A DNA stretch of 64,000 bases, from NCBI GenBank assembly GCA_038042445.1, contig JBBTED010000059.1:1-64000 (forward strand). Reading direction: 5' to 3'. The notes below the pieces were generated by a model that saw nothing but the letters and a program-made list of their open reading frames with translations, made no database searches and was not told the DNA's origin. Below are positions 49,484-60,333 of this stretch, one piece after another; positions within the stretch are counted from its first letter, which is position 1, and each line of letters opens with the position of its first letter. A program made the translations under genes and the position numbers. This stretch comes from Candidatus Firestoneibacteriota bacterium. Lineage in GTDB: Bacteria > Oederibacteriota > D2-FULL-39-29 > JBBTED01.

Positions 49484-51010
49484 ATGAAAACTACGCGAAG
49501 AATTACACAAATATTATTTTTGGTTTTATTTCTGATTTTGATTTTAAAAACCACATATCCTCTTAATTTTAAACATACACATTTATTTTTGAGTATGAGT
49601 TCTCTTTTGGCACTTACTCAAATGTTAAGTGTTAGGTCGTATGTTCATTCTTTTGAACTCGCAATTATAATAGCTATTGGGACAATATTTTTAGGCAGAT
49701 TTTTCTGTGGCTGGGTATGTCCATTTGGAACCACATTGGATATAACAGACAGGTTATTTAAAAAGAAAAAAAACATAGAAAAAAAAACACAAAAAAAACT
49801 CATATCAATAAAATACATTTTATTGATATTTTTACTTGTATTGGCAACACTTGGAATACAGATTGCTGGATGGTTTGATCCTATATGTATAAGTGTTCGT
49901 TCTTATGGTCTTGTAGTCTATACCTATTTTAATTTTTTGGCAGAGAAAACCTTTTTGATTTTGGGTAGATTATCCATAGTTGGTGGAGTAGCAGATAAAT
50001 TTTATAATTTTGCGAAAGAGAATTTTCTTGCTTATACTCAGCCTGTATTTTCCGGTTCAATTTTAATATTTTTATTTTTTATAGGTATTTTATTTCTTGG
50101 TATTTTTCTGCGAAGATTTTGGTGTAGAAATTTGTGTCCATTAGGAGCATTATTTGGTTTTTTGAGCTTAAAGCCATTAGTTTTAAAACGCTATGTTTCA
50201 GATACTTGCGATTCCTGTAGTTTGTGTGAAAGTAAATGTAAAATGGGCGCAATAACCGAAGAAGGCAAAACAGAGATAACAGGAGAATGTATTTTATGTT
50301 TTGATTGTGTCCAGAAATGTCCTAAAGGAGCAATTGACTATAAATTCACAAATCATAATTACAAATTGCCAAAGTTTGATACTGTAGATATCTCAAAAAG
50401 ATCATTTGTATTTTCTTTAGGAGCAGGTTTAATTTCTGTTCCATTTTTTGAAGTTAATTTTTTGAAAAACAAAGTCAATAATATAATTCATCCACCTGGG
50501 AGTGTGTCGTATGAACAATTTTTTGCTAAATGTGTCCGATGTGGTGAATGTATGAAAGTATGTCCTACTAATTATATACATCCTGCTTTGTTTGAAAAGG
50601 GTGTTGCTGGAATGTGGACACCTAATTTGAATGCTCGGCTCGGATATTGTGAATACAACTGTGCTTTGTGCGGAGAAGTTTGTCCGAGTGGTGCAATACA
50701 AAAACTTTCTATAGAGGAAAAGAAAAAGACAGTAATAGGTATTGCATATTTTTGCAAAAGTAGATGTATTACATGGATTGGATATGATAATTGCACGGTT
50801 TGTGAAGAAATGTGTCCTGTTCCGGAAAAAGCAATTGTGCTTAGAAAAGAACATATTATTGATCCAGCTGGAAAAAAGAGAATTTTGCTTAGACCTTATG
50901 TAATTGAAGAGCTTTGTATTGGATGTGGAATTTGTGAAACTAAATGTCCTGTTGAAGGCGCCTCTGCAATTAAAATTATAGGTTTGAAATATCAGAAAAA
51001 AATAGCATAA
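49484..51010 (+). CDS. Membrane polyferredoxin (NapH/MauN-like fused to NapG/MauM-like)
   Basis: GRFFCGWVCPFG, FWCRNLCPLG, multiple CxxCxxCxxxCP. Confidence 0.85.
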   Translation: MKTTRRITQILFLVLFLILILKTTYPLNFKHTHLFLSMSSLLALTQMLSVRSYVHSFELAIIIAIGTIFLGRFFCGWVCPFGTTLDITDRLFKKKKNIEKKTQKKLISIKYILLIFLLVLATLGIQIAGWFDPICISVRSYGLVVYTYFNFLAEKTFLILGRLSIVGGVADKFYNFAKENFLAYTQPVFSGSILIFLFFIGILFLGIFLRRFWCRNLCPLGALFGFLSLKPLVLKRYVSDTCDSCSLCESKCKMGAITEEGKTEITGECILCFDCVQKCPKGAIDYKFTNHNYKLPKFDTVDISKRSFVFSLGAGLISVPFFEVNFLKNKVNNIIHPPGSVSYEQFFAKCVRCGECMKVCPTNYIHPALFEKGVAGMWTPNLNARLGYCEYNCALCGEVCPSGAIQKLSIEEKKKTVIGIAYFCKSRCITWIGYDNCTVCEEMCPVPEKAIVLRKEHIIDPAGKKRILLRPYVIEELCIGCGICETKCPVEGASAIKIIGLKYQKKIA

Positions 51011-51691
51011 ATGCAAACTTTCGGTGTTTTATATATTGTGAGTACTCCAATAGGTAATTTAGAAGATATTACTTTAAGGGCACTTAGAATTTTAAAAGAA
51101 GTGGGTTTAATAGCTGCTGAAGATACAAGGAGAACCCGTAAACTTCTTACTCATTATGAAATACATACTCCAATTACCAGTTATTATACATATAATAAAT
51201 TTGTAAGAGGAATGGAATTAATTGAAGAGCTTAAAGCCGGCAAAAATATTGCTCTTGTATCAGATTCAGGCACACCGGGAATATCAGACCCCGGAATAGA
51301 TTTAATTAAACTTGCAATTTCGCATAGCATAAAAGTCGTTCCTGTGCCAGGTCCCTCTGCAGTAATTTCAGCATTGGTGGGTGCAGGTTTTTCAACACAT
51401 GAGTTTGTATTTGTAGGTTTTTTAAGCAAAAAAAATAGTCATAGAAAAAAAGAATTGATGGGTTTGAAAGACGAAAAAAAAACAATTATTATATATGAAT
51501 CCCCATATAGAGTAAAAGATACTATGCAGAATATTCTCGAAATTTTGGGAGATAGAAATGTTGTTATATGCAGGGAATTGACAAAGCTATATGAAGAATT
51601 CATACGTGGAAAGGCAAGTGAAGTTGTTGAGAGTTTAAAAACAAAAACTTTGCGTGGTGAATGTACAATAGTAATAAAAAATTATGAATAA
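51011..51691 (+). CDS. rsmI: 16S rRNA C1402 2'-O-methyltransferase
   Basis: STPIGNLEDIT, AEDTR, SDSGTPGISDPG, RELTKLYEE. Confidence 0.95.
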   Translation: MQTFGVLYIVSTPIGNLEDITLRALRILKEVGLIAAEDTRRTRKLLTHYEIHTPITSYYTYNKFVRGMELIEELKAGKNIALVSDSGTPGISDPGIDLIKLAISHSIKVVPVPGPSAVISALVGAGFSTHEFVFVGFLSKKNSHRKKELMGLKDEKKTIIIYESPYRVKDTMQNILEILGDRNVVICRELTKLYEEFIRGKASEVVESLKTKTLRGECTIVIKNYE

Positions 51692-52334
51692 ATTAGTAAA
51701 AATAATTATAGGAATTATATTATTATTTTTATGTATAGCATTTACTGTTTCTCTTAGTCATTCCATTGCCAAATGGGATTTTACCGAGAAATCACAACTT
51801 ATATTTTTTGGAGGTGTAGTAACATATTTTATACTACATCTTTTGTTTTTGCGGCCGATATTTGTTCACGTGATAGGGCACGAAATAACACATGCTTTAT
51901 GGGCATTGGTTTTTGGCGGCAGAGTAAAATCTATGGAGGTATCTTCAGAAGGTGGAAATGTTGTAGTTGATAAAACAAATTTTATCATAACATTAGCCCC
52001 ATATTTTTTTCCGATTTATACAATAATTTTAATTGCTTTGTATTTTTTGATAAAAATAGAATATTTGCCTTATATTGTTTTTTTTATCGGATTTACATGG
52101 AGTTTTCATATAATGCTTACAATGTATTCACTTAGAGTCAAACAGACAGATTTTAAGGAATCAGGCTTTTTATTTTCTATAACATTTGTATATTTAATGA
52201 ATATATTTATCTTAAGTCTGATTTTAGCATTAATTTCACCAAATACTATAAAATTAGAACAAATTTTGAAAAATTTCATTGATATTTTAATACAAATTGT
52301 ATACTGGGTTGTAAAAGAGGTAAAAATAAAATGA
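51684..52334 (+). CDS. Membrane protein with HExxH motif (M50-like peptidase)
   Basis: GHEITHA, ITLAPYFFP, several TM helices. Confidence 0.65.
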   Translation: MNKLVKIIIGIILLFLCIAFTVSLSHSIAKWDFTEKSQLIFFGGVVTYFILHLLFLRPIFVHVIGHEITHALWALVFGGRVKSMEVSSEGGNVVVDKTNFIITLAPYFFPIYTIILIALYFLIKIEYLPYIVFFIGFTWSFHIMLTMYSLRVKQTDFKESGFLFSITFVYLMNIFILSLILALISPNTIKLEQILKNFIDILIQIVYWVVKEVKIK

Positions 52335-53515
52335 CAAAGTTAATTCCAACAACTTTTTATATTTTATTAATTTCTATTTCTACTACTGTTGAACTTTTTG
52401 CAATTGACCAATCTTGTCCTGATATTGTGGATTATATTGATAAAACATATGGAGCAGGAATCCGGCAGATAAATAATCCGAATGGTCATGAGCATAATAT
52501 TTATTATCATCGTAATCCTTGGAATGCTGATAATACTTATCTAATCGGAATAAAATCTGATATCAATCAAAAAAATTGGAAAGTTGTTCTTTATAATGGC
52601 AAGGGTTGTTTTATTAAAGAACTTTTTTCTATAGAGAACTATGATTGGCGATTAGTGTGGGATAGGAATGACCCAAAAATTTTCTATACATGGAAAGGTT
52701 CAAATCTGTATAGATATAACGTTGATACTGATAAAGCTGATTTGTTAAAATCATTTGCACCTTTAGGTTTAAAAGTTTGTGGGCCATCATTGAATCAAAC
52801 GGGAGATAGAATTCTTGTAATTACTTCTGATGAAATTTTCCATTCTTATCATATTCCTGATATGCAAGATGAACGAACCTTTGCAGTAGGTTTTCAATCT
52901 GGCTGTTTTACTGATTGGGAAGATGAACGTTATATTGGTTATGGCAACTATATTGTTACTGGATGTAATTCTAAAGATTGGACTACTGAAATTACATATA
53001 TCTATGATGATACAGGAAAACTCTATCATAAGTTCGATGGGATATCATTTCCACATAAAGATTTTTCTCCTGATGGAAAATGGGCATATTTCAAAATGCC
53101 AACATATGCTAGACGGGGAGGTAATGTAACATCACTAGAGATACATCTTGTAAATATTGATGGAACCGATGATAAAATAGTTTATACTGTTTCTCAATTG
53201 CAGGCTGGATATATTCGGAATTTACATCTCTCTTGGCCGGACAAAGTGAATAATTGGTTTATCGCTTCTTTCTTTCCATCTGCAGAGTATCTTCCTAAAA
53301 CGTATACACCACCACTGGATGAAATTCTATTGATTAACATTGATGGTACATATAAATATCTTTGCAGAACAGAAACTACAGTATCAAGAGGTTTTTCTAT
53401 GTTTTGGGCTGAGCCACTTGCAAGTTCAAGTAGTGATGGTACGCGTATTAATTTCAATTCCAATCGTTCAGGCACAATAGACCAATACATTCTTTTTATG
53501 GAAAAAGATAAATAA
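52331..53515 (+). CDS. Secreted beta-propeller-like hypothetical protein
   Basis: Signal peptide; PWNAD, FSPDGKW, SSDGTRINFNSN. Confidence 0.55.
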   Translation: MTKLIPTTFYILLISISTTVELFAIDQSCPDIVDYIDKTYGAGIRQINNPNGHEHNIYYHRNPWNADNTYLIGIKSDINQKNWKVVLYNGKGCFIKELFSIENYDWRLVWDRNDPKIFYTWKGSNLYRYNVDTDKADLLKSFAPLGLKVCGPSLNQTGDRILVITSDEIFHSYHIPDMQDERTFAVGFQSGCFTDWEDERYIGYGNYIVTGCNSKDWTTEITYIYDDTGKLYHKFDGISFPHKDFSPDGKWAYFKMPTYARRGGNVTSLEIHLVNIDGTDDKIVYTVSQLQAGYIRNLHLSWPDKVNNWFIASFFPSAEYLPKTYTPPLDEILLINIDGTYKYLCRTETTVSRGFSMFWAEPLASSSSDGTRINFNSNRSGTIDQYILFMEKDK

Positions 53516-53516
53516 A

Positions 53517-54512
53517 ATGAAAAAACCAATTGTGCTAATTACTATGGGTGATGCCGCTGGTATTGGCCCTGAAGTAATAATTAAGGCATTATCTAATAAA
53601 AAAATACATAAAATATGTTTTCCTGTAGTAATTGGTGACTTGAGTGTAATGCAATTTGCAATTTTAAAATTCAAATCAGATTTTAAAATAAATATTGTAA
53701 CTGATATAAAAGCAGAGAAATTCATACCAAAATGCATAAATCTATTTGATATGTCAAATTTAAATGCAAGTGAAATTAAAATGGGACAGATAAATAAATT
53801 AGCTGGAAAATCTTCAATAGAATACATAGAAAAAGCAGTTGAATTAATAAATAAAAATATGGCAAATGCTGTTGTAACAGCACCTATTAATAAAGAAGCT
53901 ATTGCAAGAGCTGGGTTTTGGTATCAAGGTCATACTGAGTTTTTGGCAAAACTTACAAATACAAAACATTTTGAAATGATGTTAGTTGGTGGTTCGCTTA
54001 AAGTTGTTCTTGTTACAAGGCATATTCCTCTAAAAGAAGTAAGCAAGTTTTTGAGCAAAGAAAAGATTGTTCAAACTATTAAGATTACCAACAAATATTT
54101 AAAGGAATATTTTAATATTAAATCTCCTAAAATAGGGGTTTTAGGTTTAAATCCACATTCTGGAGAAGGTGGGTTATTTGGTTTAGAAGAAAAAGAGATA
54201 ATAATTCCCGCAATTAAATATGCAAATAAAATCAATATAAATGCAATAGGGCCACTTGTTCCAGATGCTTGTTTTTATAAAGCTCTTAAAGGTGAGTTTG
54301 ATGCATTGGTATGTATGTATCATGATCAGGGATTAATACCACTTAAAATGTTGTTTTTTGACAAAGGAGTTAATATAACACTTGGGCTTCCATTTATTCG
54401 CACATCTGCCGACCATGGGACAGCTTATGATATAGCTGGTAAAGGGATAGCTAATTGTGGAAGTATGATTTTTGCCATAGAATTGGCTGCTAGGTTTTCC
54501 CAAAGATGCTAA
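53517..54512 (+). CDS. pdxA: 4-hydroxythreonine-4-phosphate dehydrogenase
   Basis: MGDAAGIGPE, GHTE, LNPHSGE, MYHDQG, RTSADHGTA. Confidence 0.95.
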   Translation: MKKPIVLITMGDAAGIGPEVIIKALSNKKIHKICFPVVIGDLSVMQFAILKFKSDFKINIVTDIKAEKFIPKCINLFDMSNLNASEIKMGQINKLAGKSSIEYIEKAVELINKNMANAVVTAPINKEAIARAGFWYQGHTEFLAKLTNTKHFEMMLVGGSLKVVLVTRHIPLKEVSKFLSKEKIVQTIKITNKYLKEYFNIKSPKIGVLGLNPHSGEGGLFGLEEKEIIIPAIKYANKININAIGPLVPDACFYKALKGEFDALVCMYHDQGLIPLKMLFFDKGVNITLGLPFIRTSADHGTAYDIAGKGIANCGSMIFAIELAARFSQRC

Positions 54513-55369
54513 TTCTTAAAAAATCATTAGGCCAGAATTTGCTTTTCGATGAAAACATTTTAAATGAGATAGTAACTGCAGGCGAAATAACAAAAGATGA
54601 TATTGTCCTTGAAATAGGTTGTGGCACAGGTAATTTGACAAAAATTTTAGCCCAGCATTCGAAATTTGTTTTAGGTGTAGAAATAGACCATAATTTGTGT
54701 GATATTTTAAAAGAAAATATGCTACCGTACGATAATGTTAATATTGTTAAAGAAGATATATTAAAAATAGACTTGAAAGATTTAATCACAAATTTTTTTA
54801 AAAAAAATAACTTGTCGCAAATTAACACTAATGTGAAGGTTGTTGGAAATCTGCCATATTATATTACAACTCCTATTTTGATTAAATTATTAAAAGAAAG
54901 AGAAAATTTTAATACAATCGTAATTATGGTGCAAAAAGAAGTTGCAGAAAGAATTGTTGCCAAATCGGGTAGCAAAATTTATGGTAAACTTTCATTGTTA
55001 GTTCAGTATTATGCATTGCCTGAAATTATTACAAAAATTTCAGCAGAGGCTTTTAGTCCTAAGCCAAAAGTAGATTCTGCACTTATCAAGCTAAAAATTT
55101 TACCTAAGCCAAGTGTATATGTTAAAGATGAAGAAATGTTTTTCTCAATAATAAAAGCTGGTTTTGGAGGAAGACGAAAAATGTTTAAAAATACAATTAA
55201 AAATGCTTTGCATTTACAGGAAGACATTATTTTGAAGGCATTTAATATAGCGAAAATAGATGCCAAATCACGTGCAGAAGATTTAGATATGGATAAATTT
55301 GCAGTGCTTTCTGAAGAATTCACGAAAGTAAAGATGCATTGCAATGAGTCTCTACAAAAAGCAAAATGA
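54506..55369 (+). CDS. rsmA: 16S rRNA dimethyladenosine transferase
   Basis: KSLGQN, EIGCG, GNLPYYITTP, PKVDSA. Confidence 0.95.
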   Translation: MLILKKSLGQNLLFDENILNEIVTAGEITKDDIVLEIGCGTGNLTKILAQHSKFVLGVEIDHNLCDILKENMLPYDNVNIVKEDILKIDLKDLITNFFKKNNLSQINTNVKVVGNLPYYITTPILIKLLKERENFNTIVIMVQKEVAERIVAKSGSKIYGKLSLLVQYYALPEIITKISAEAFSPKPKVDSALIKLKILPKPSVYVKDEEMFFSIIKAGFGGRRKMFKNTIKNALHLQEDIILKAFNIAKIDAKSRAEDLDMDKFAVLSEEFTKVKMHCNESLQKAK

Positions 55370-56259
55370 GAAATATTAAATTTATAGTTAATCCTATTTC
55401 AGGTGATGGCAAAGGCAAAAATGCTGCTTTGCAGATTGAAAATTATTTTAAGAACAAAAAAACTAATTATTCTATAGATTTAATTCCACATCCTGGAAAA
55501 ATTTCTTTTTTAGTAAAAAATGCTGTGAATGAAGGTTATGATATAATAGTAGCAGTTGGTGGAGATGGAACTATAAACGGGGTTGTAAATGAAGTTTTTG
55601 GAGAAAATGTATTGTTTGGCATTATTCCTGTTGGTTTTGGCAATGACTTTGCAAGACATCTAAGAATCCCAAAAAATATTTCAAAAGCTTGTAAAATTAT
55701 AGAAAATGCCAATACTATTCCAATTGATGTTGGGAAAATAAAATCCCGTGGTGCAAATGATAAATATTTTATAAATAGTGTAGGTTTTGGTTTTGATGGT
55801 TTAGTGTTGCATGATGCAGAAAAATCACGTGGTAAAGCACATAGTTTAGTTCGTTATATAGTAAGTATATTAAAAACAATACGACTTTTTAAATCTATAA
55901 AATTGAAAATTATGTTAGATAAAACATACGAAATAGACACAGATACTTTAATGATAGTTATCGGTAATTCTGCGTATGAAGCAGGTGGTTTCAAAGTTAC
56001 TCCGAATGCAAAACTTGATGACGGACTTTTAGATATTTGTATATTAAAAAAAATGAGTAAATTTCAGTTTCTTATACATATGCCTAAAGCTTTTTATGGC
56101 AACCATATGGATAGTTCTTTAGTTATGACATATCAAGCTAAAACCATAGATATATTTTCCGATTCTGTCTTGTATGGTCACATAGACGGTGAAAAAATAC
56201 AATCCACACACTATAACATAAAAGTAATACCCAAAATCCTGCAACTTATAGTTCCATAA
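55366..56259 (+). CDS. Diacylglycerol/lipid kinase family protein
   Basis: NPISG, GGDGT, GNDFAR, DGE. Confidence 0.9.
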   Translation: MRNIKFIVNPISGDGKGKNAALQIENYFKNKKTNYSIDLIPHPGKISFLVKNAVNEGYDIIVAVGGDGTINGVVNEVFGENVLFGIIPVGFGNDFARHLRIPKNISKACKIIENANTIPIDVGKIKSRGANDKYFINSVGFGFDGLVLHDAEKSRGKAHSLVRYIVSILKTIRLFKSIKLKIMLDKTYEIDTDTLMIVIGNSAYEAGGFKVTPNAKLDDGLLDICILKKMSKFQFLIHMPKAFYGNHMDSSLVMTYQAKTIDIFSDSVLYGHIDGEKIQSTHYNIKVIPKILQLIVP

Positions 56260-56413
56260 ATCTTAGAAATAAACACTTGGAAATAAAAATTAGTTGCTTA
56301 TCGCAAATATTTTGTGCTAATATAATTTTAATATGGTCTGGTGGAAAAAATATCAACCATAAGGGAAAAAATTATACTGTCTCCTTAAAACACACAGTAT
56401 CAGGGAAAAAATT

Positions 56414-58912
56414 ATGAAAGCTGTTATAATGGCAGGGGGATTTGGTACACGACTTAGACCTATTACTTGTAATATTCCTAAACCGGTTGTTCCTTTAGCA
56501 AACAGACCTATAATGGAACATATTATCGAACTTCTAAAACGTTATGGGTTTGTGGATTTAGCTGCAATACTTTATCATCAACCTGAAATAATTACAGAAT
56601 ATTTTCGCGATGGTGTGGAATTTGGTGTGAAGATGAGTTATGTCAGAGCTGAGTCTGACCTTGGGACTGCGGGTAGTGTAAAAAAGGCTGTTAAATTATT
56701 AAATGAGAGATTTTTAATTATAAGTGGAGATTTGCTTACTAATTTTAATTTATCTGAAATTATAGATTATCATATCAAAAAGAAAGCACTTGCAACTATG
56801 GTTTTAACTCGTGTTGAAAATCCACTTCAGTATGGAGTTGTTATCACAGAAAAAAATGGTAAAATATCCAGATTTTTAGAAAAACCTTCATGGGGAGAAG
56901 TTTTTAGTGATACGATAAATACAGGAATTTATGTATTAGAGCCACAAGCACTTAACTATATTCCGGACGATCAGGAATTTGATTTTAGCAAAAATCTTTT
57001 TCCTCTTTTTCTTGAAAAAGGTTTGCCTCTTTATGGATATGTAGCATCAGGTTACTGGAAAGATATTGGGAATTTATCTGAATACAGGTTAGCGCATAGT
57101 GATGTTTTAAATGGCAAGATAACTCTTAATATACATGGCCGTAAAATTGAAGATAAAAATAAGAATCTTTGGATAGGAGAGGAAACAAATATTGATCCAC
57201 AGGCTATTTTGGAGGGTTCGATAATAATTGGAAAAAACTGTACTATCAAAAAGAATGTCCGAATTTCAGGTTCTGTGATTGGTGATAATTGTGTTCTTGA
57301 TGAAGATGCTGATATAAAAGATTGTGTATTATGGGATAACATATATGTGGGTCCTAGTGCAAAAATATTAGATAGCGTTATTTGCAAAGGTGTAGATGTA
57401 GGTGCAGATGCGCAAGTAGAAAAAAATGTTGTAGTTAGTGAAGAGTGTGTTCTTGGCAGGGGAAGTTTAATTAAGCAGGATGTAAAAATATGGCCTTATA
57501 AAACTATAGAAGACGGAGCTACATTGTGCACAAGTTTAATATGGGGCGATAAATGGTCAAGAGCGTTATTTGGTGAATATGGAATAGTAGGGCTTGCAAA
57601 TATAGAAATAACACCTGAATTTGCAGCAAAATTGGGAGCGGCTTATGGAGCTACTTTAGATAAAGGCGCAACAATTTTAAGCTCTCGGGATATACATAAA
57701 ACAAGCAGGATAATACATAGAGCGATAATGTGTGGTTTGCTTTCTTCAGGTGTGAATATAGTTGATTTTGGAATTACACCAATACCTGTAGCTCATTATG
57801 TGTCTAGGCCACTTGGAACTTGTGGTGGAATACATATTAGAAGGTCTCCTTATAATTCACAGGTTATAGACATTAAGTTTTTTGATGAAAATGGAATGGA
57901 TTTAAGTTCTTCAAGAGAACGGAGTATAGAAAGTTTGTTTTTTAGGGAAGATTTTAGACGTGCCCAGATTGAAGAAACAGGTGAAATATCTTTTCCATCC
58001 AGAGCTATGGAATTATATAGAGACGGGTTTTTAAATTTTGCAAATGTTAAAGAAATACAAAATGCAAAATTTAAAATTGTTGTGGATTACGCTTATGGTC
58101 CGGCTGCCACAATATTTCCTTCGCTTCTTGGAAAATTTTCCTGTGAAGTGGTTGCTTTGAATTCACATATGGATGCTTCAAAACTTACTAAAACTGCGGA
58201 GGAATTTGATCATAGCTTGAAACAGCTTTCTAATATTGTTGGAACATTAAAAGCAGATGCCGGATTTTTGATGGATGCAGGTGGAGAGAAAATTTTTATG
58301 GTTGATGAACTTGGAAAGGTTGTTTCCGGAGATGATGCATTGGGATTGATTGTGTCACTTGTATTGTCGAGCAATCCATTTTCTACAATTGCTGTTCCAG
58401 TTACTGCTTCTAGAAATATTGAAGAAATAGCAAAAAAAAATGGGTCTATTGTTTTGCGGACACGAACTACATATCGTTCTATGATGGATACAGCACAAAA
58501 AAAAGATGTGATTTTTGTAGGTGAAAATAAGGGTGGATATATATTTTCAAAATTCAATACTACTTTTGATGCAATGATGTCTATAGCAAAGCTTCTGGAA
58601 TTTCTGGCAAAACATAAAGTAAAAATATCAACAGTTTTGAAAAAATTACCTAAGTCAGTAATTATTCGCGAGCATATTTCTTGTCCATGGGAACTTAAAG
58701 GAACAATTATGCGTAATTTAATAGAAGCAACCAAGTCGCATAAAGTGGATTTAATAGATGGTGTTAAAGTGTATCATAACAGGGATTGGGTTATAATAGT
58801 TCCAGATCAGGAAATGCCATTATTACATATTAATGCTGAAGCATCTGATGAGCAAAAAGCAAGGACATTAGTAAATAAATATATAGAACAAATCAAAAAA
58901 TGGCAAAAATAA
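56414..58912 (+). CDS. Sugar-1-phosphate nucleotidyltransferase (mannose-1-P guanylyltransferase-like) with hexapeptide repeats and a phosphomutase-like domain
   Basis: MAGGFGTRLRP, EKP, left-handed beta-helix, PGM/PMM-like C-terminal half. Confidence 0.88.
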   Translation: MKAVIMAGGFGTRLRPITCNIPKPVVPLANRPIMEHIIELLKRYGFVDLAAILYHQPEIITEYFRDGVEFGVKMSYVRAESDLGTAGSVKKAVKLLNERFLIISGDLLTNFNLSEIIDYHIKKKALATMVLTRVENPLQYGVVITEKNGKISRFLEKPSWGEVFSDTINTGIYVLEPQALNYIPDDQEFDFSKNLFPLFLEKGLPLYGYVASGYWKDIGNLSEYRLAHSDVLNGKITLNIHGRKIEDKNKNLWIGEETNIDPQAILEGSIIIGKNCTIKKNVRISGSVIGDNCVLDEDADIKDCVLWDNIYVGPSAKILDSVICKGVDVGADAQVEKNVVVSEECVLGRGSLIKQDVKIWPYKTIEDGATLCTSLIWGDKWSRALFGEYGIVGLANIEITPEFAAKLGAAYGATLDKGATILSSRDIHKTSRIIHRAIMCGLLSSGVNIVDFGITPIPVAHYVSRPLGTCGGIHIRRSPYNSQVIDIKFFDENGMDLSSSRERSIESLFFREDFRRAQIEETGEISFPSRAMELYRDGFLNFANVKEIQNAKFKIVVDYAYGPAATIFPSLLGKFSCEVVALNSHMDASKLTKTAEEFDHSLKQLSNIVGTLKADAGFLMDAGGEKIFMVDELGKVVSGDDALGLIVSLVLSSNPFSTIAVPVTASRNIEEIAKKNGSIVLRTRTTYRSMMDTAQKKDVIFVGENKGGYIFSKFNTTFDAMMSIAKLLEFLAKHKVKISTVLKKLPKSVIIREHISCPWELKGTIMRNLIEATKSHKVDLIDGVKVYHNRDWVIIVPDQEMPLLHINAEASDEQKARTLVNKYIEQIKKWQK

Positions 58913-60324
58913 CTTTTGGTACATCAGGGTGGAGAGCTATAATAGCTGAGGATTTTACTTTTGAAAATGTTTCTATTGTAGCTCAGGCGATTGCAAATTA
59001 TCTTGCTGAAAGCAAAAGTAAAAGCATTGTTATAGGTTATGATACACGTTTTTTGTCTGAAAAATTTGCTCATAGTGTTGCTGAAGTAACTTCTGCAAAT
59101 AAACTACACACATTTTTAGCGCATAGAGATGTTCCTACTCCAGTAATTGCTTTTGAAATCTTAAGACGCAAATCCGGAGGTGGAATAAACATTACTGCAA
59201 GTCATAATCCTCCGGAATATAACGGGATAAAATTTTCTTCCAATTGGGGAGGTCCTGCTACTACAGATGTAACAAAACAGATAGAAAAAAATATTCAAGA
59301 AATTCTGAAGGGCAAAAAAAGCGTAAAAAAGATTTCAATTGAAGAAGGAGTTAAAAAAGGCAATATTGAATTCATACAGCCATATTTTGCATATTTTAAG
59401 AGAATAAAAGATATTGTTGACTTTAAAATTTTAAAAAAATTAAAGAAAAAAATAGTTGTGGATTGTTTTTATGGAACAGGCAGAGGATATTTAGATGAAC
59501 TTTTATCACAAGCAGGTTGTAGTACAGTAATATTACATTCAAAAAGAGATGTTTTGTTTGGTGGAAAAACTCCAGAACCATCTGGCGAAAACTTGCAGGA
59601 ATTAATTGCTACAGTTAAATCGCAAAATGCTGTATTAGGTCTTGCAATGGATGGAGATGCAGATAGATTTGGCATAGTAGATAGAGATGGAACATATTTA
59701 ACTTCAAATGAAGTGTTGGTATTACTTTTTAAATATTTGGTTGAATCCAGAAACTGGAAAGGTTGTGTTGTCCGAACTATTGCAACGACTCATCTTATAG
59801 ATGCAATGGCGTCAAAATATAATGTTCCTGTAAGGGAAACACCTGTTGGATTTAAATATATTGGTGAAATAATGACAAAAGAAGACATAATAATAGGTGG
59901 AGAAGAGAGCGGTGGGCTTTCTGTTTACAGGCATATTCCTGAAAAAGACGGTATACTTGCTTGTTTGCTTATTGCTGAACTTGTTGCTGCTTATGGTGGT
60001 AAAACTTTAAAGTCTATTTTGAAAGAAATACATAAAGAATTTGGTACATATTATAACTCAAGGATGAGTTTAAAATTAGGGGAAGACAAAAAAGTAAAAC
60101 TACTGCATTTATTTAAAAATAATCCTCCTGAAAAATTGGGGTATTTAAAAGTTACACATTTAGATACCAGAGATGGATTTAAATTTATTTTAGAAGATGG
60201 AAATTGGATGCTTATGAGGTTTTCCGGAACAGAGCCACTTGTACGTTTATATTTTGAAGCTACTAATTTGAAATCGCTACAGGCTCTAAAAAAATCCACA
60301 CGAGAAATAATATCAAAACTTTGA
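58900..60324 (+). CDS. Phosphoglucomutase/phosphomannomutase
   Basis: FGTSGWR, ITASHNP, DGDADR, GGEESGG, RFSGTEP. Confidence 0.93.
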   Translation: MAKITFGTSGWRAIIAEDFTFENVSIVAQAIANYLAESKSKSIVIGYDTRFLSEKFAHSVAEVTSANKLHTFLAHRDVPTPVIAFEILRRKSGGGINITASHNPPEYNGIKFSSNWGGPATTDVTKQIEKNIQEILKGKKSVKKISIEEGVKKGNIEFIQPYFAYFKRIKDIVDFKILKKLKKKIVVDCFYGTGRGYLDELLSQAGCSTVILHSKRDVLFGGKTPEPSGENLQELIATVKSQNAVLGLAMDGDADRFGIVDRDGTYLTSNEVLVLLFKYLVESRNWKGCVVRTIATTHLIDAMASKYNVPVRETPVGFKYIGEIMTKEDIIIGGEESGGLSVYRHIPEKDGILACLLIAELVAAYGGKTLKSILKEIHKEFGTYYNSRMSLKLGEDKKVKLLHLFKNNPPEKLGYLKVTHLDTRDGFKFILEDGNWMLMRFSGTEPLVRLYFEATNLKSLQALKKSTREIISKL

Positions 60325-60333
60325 AGGAAGAGT

